NCBI RefSeq assembly: GCF_000142905.1
Contig: NW_013657621.1
Span: 143,021-207,020 of the forward strand
DNA length: 64,000 nucleotides
Direction: 5' to 3'
Source of the DNA: Thecamonas trahens ATCC 50062
Taxonomy: Eukaryota > Protista > Apusomonadida
In this document: piece by piece, positions 63,791 to 64,000 of the stretch
Layout: each line of letters starts with the position of its first letter
Position numbering within the stretch: position 1 is the stretch's first letter
Notes under the pieces: generated by a model
Seen by the model: only the letters and a program-made list of their open reading frames with translations
The model's database searches: none
What the model was told of the DNA's origin: nothing
Position numbers and translations under genes: made by a program

Positions 63791-64000
63791 GGTGCTGTGG
63801 AAGGGGAGGGAGAGTCAAGTATGCGTGGCTTGCGGCTGCGGTGAGGGAGGGGGGTGGCTGGCAGTTGAAGGCGAATTTCTTTGGGGTCTTTTTTTTCGAG
63901 AGGCCAACGGCGTACAGGTGCGGCTGCTCGCGGTGGCAGTCAGGGCGAGCGCTCGACAATGTCGTGGCCAACGCCATCGATGCCACCAGTAAGCTCAAAC

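Noticed and set aside
1-64000. Transposons, endogenous viral elements, tRNA or rRNA genes
   Set aside because: I recognised no transposase, reverse transcriptase, integrase or capsid motifs, terminal repeats, tRNA cloverleafs or extended rRNA sequence. The short rRNA matches are snoRNA guides.

Overview
This is GC-rich, gene-dense, intron-poor eukaryotic nuclear DNA from a draft assembly with three N gaps. The gene content (FG-GAP/TRP-like giant membrane protein, hybrid histidine kinase, F-box-ankyrin, Integrator subunit) suggests a unicellular flagellate such as the apusomonad Thecamonas, but that is inference only. About 23 protein genes are recognisable. They include IRE1, TRIM37-like, ETFDH, RPA1, V-ATPase subunit C, ALG10, CSN1, Rab14, CCZ1 and INTS7, plus a hybrid histidine kinase, a DEP-Rab fusion GTPase, a bacterial-type metzincin and a patatin. 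The most notable element is invisible to the ORF track. The less GC-rich interval 46149-47380 on the minus strand looks like a spliced, probably non-coding snoRNA host gene with a TOP-like start. Each of its three introns holds one box C/D snoRNA (U24/snR24-like, U33/snR55-like, U27/snR74-like), with guides matching conserved rRNA sites. Other signals are a GTAAA motif fused to or just after many stop codons (candidate poly(A) signal), convergent genes only 5-60 nt apart, and repeated one-base frameshifts in homopolymers that are most likely sequencing errors. Protein and snoRNA family assignments rest on motifs recalled from memory, not on database searches.
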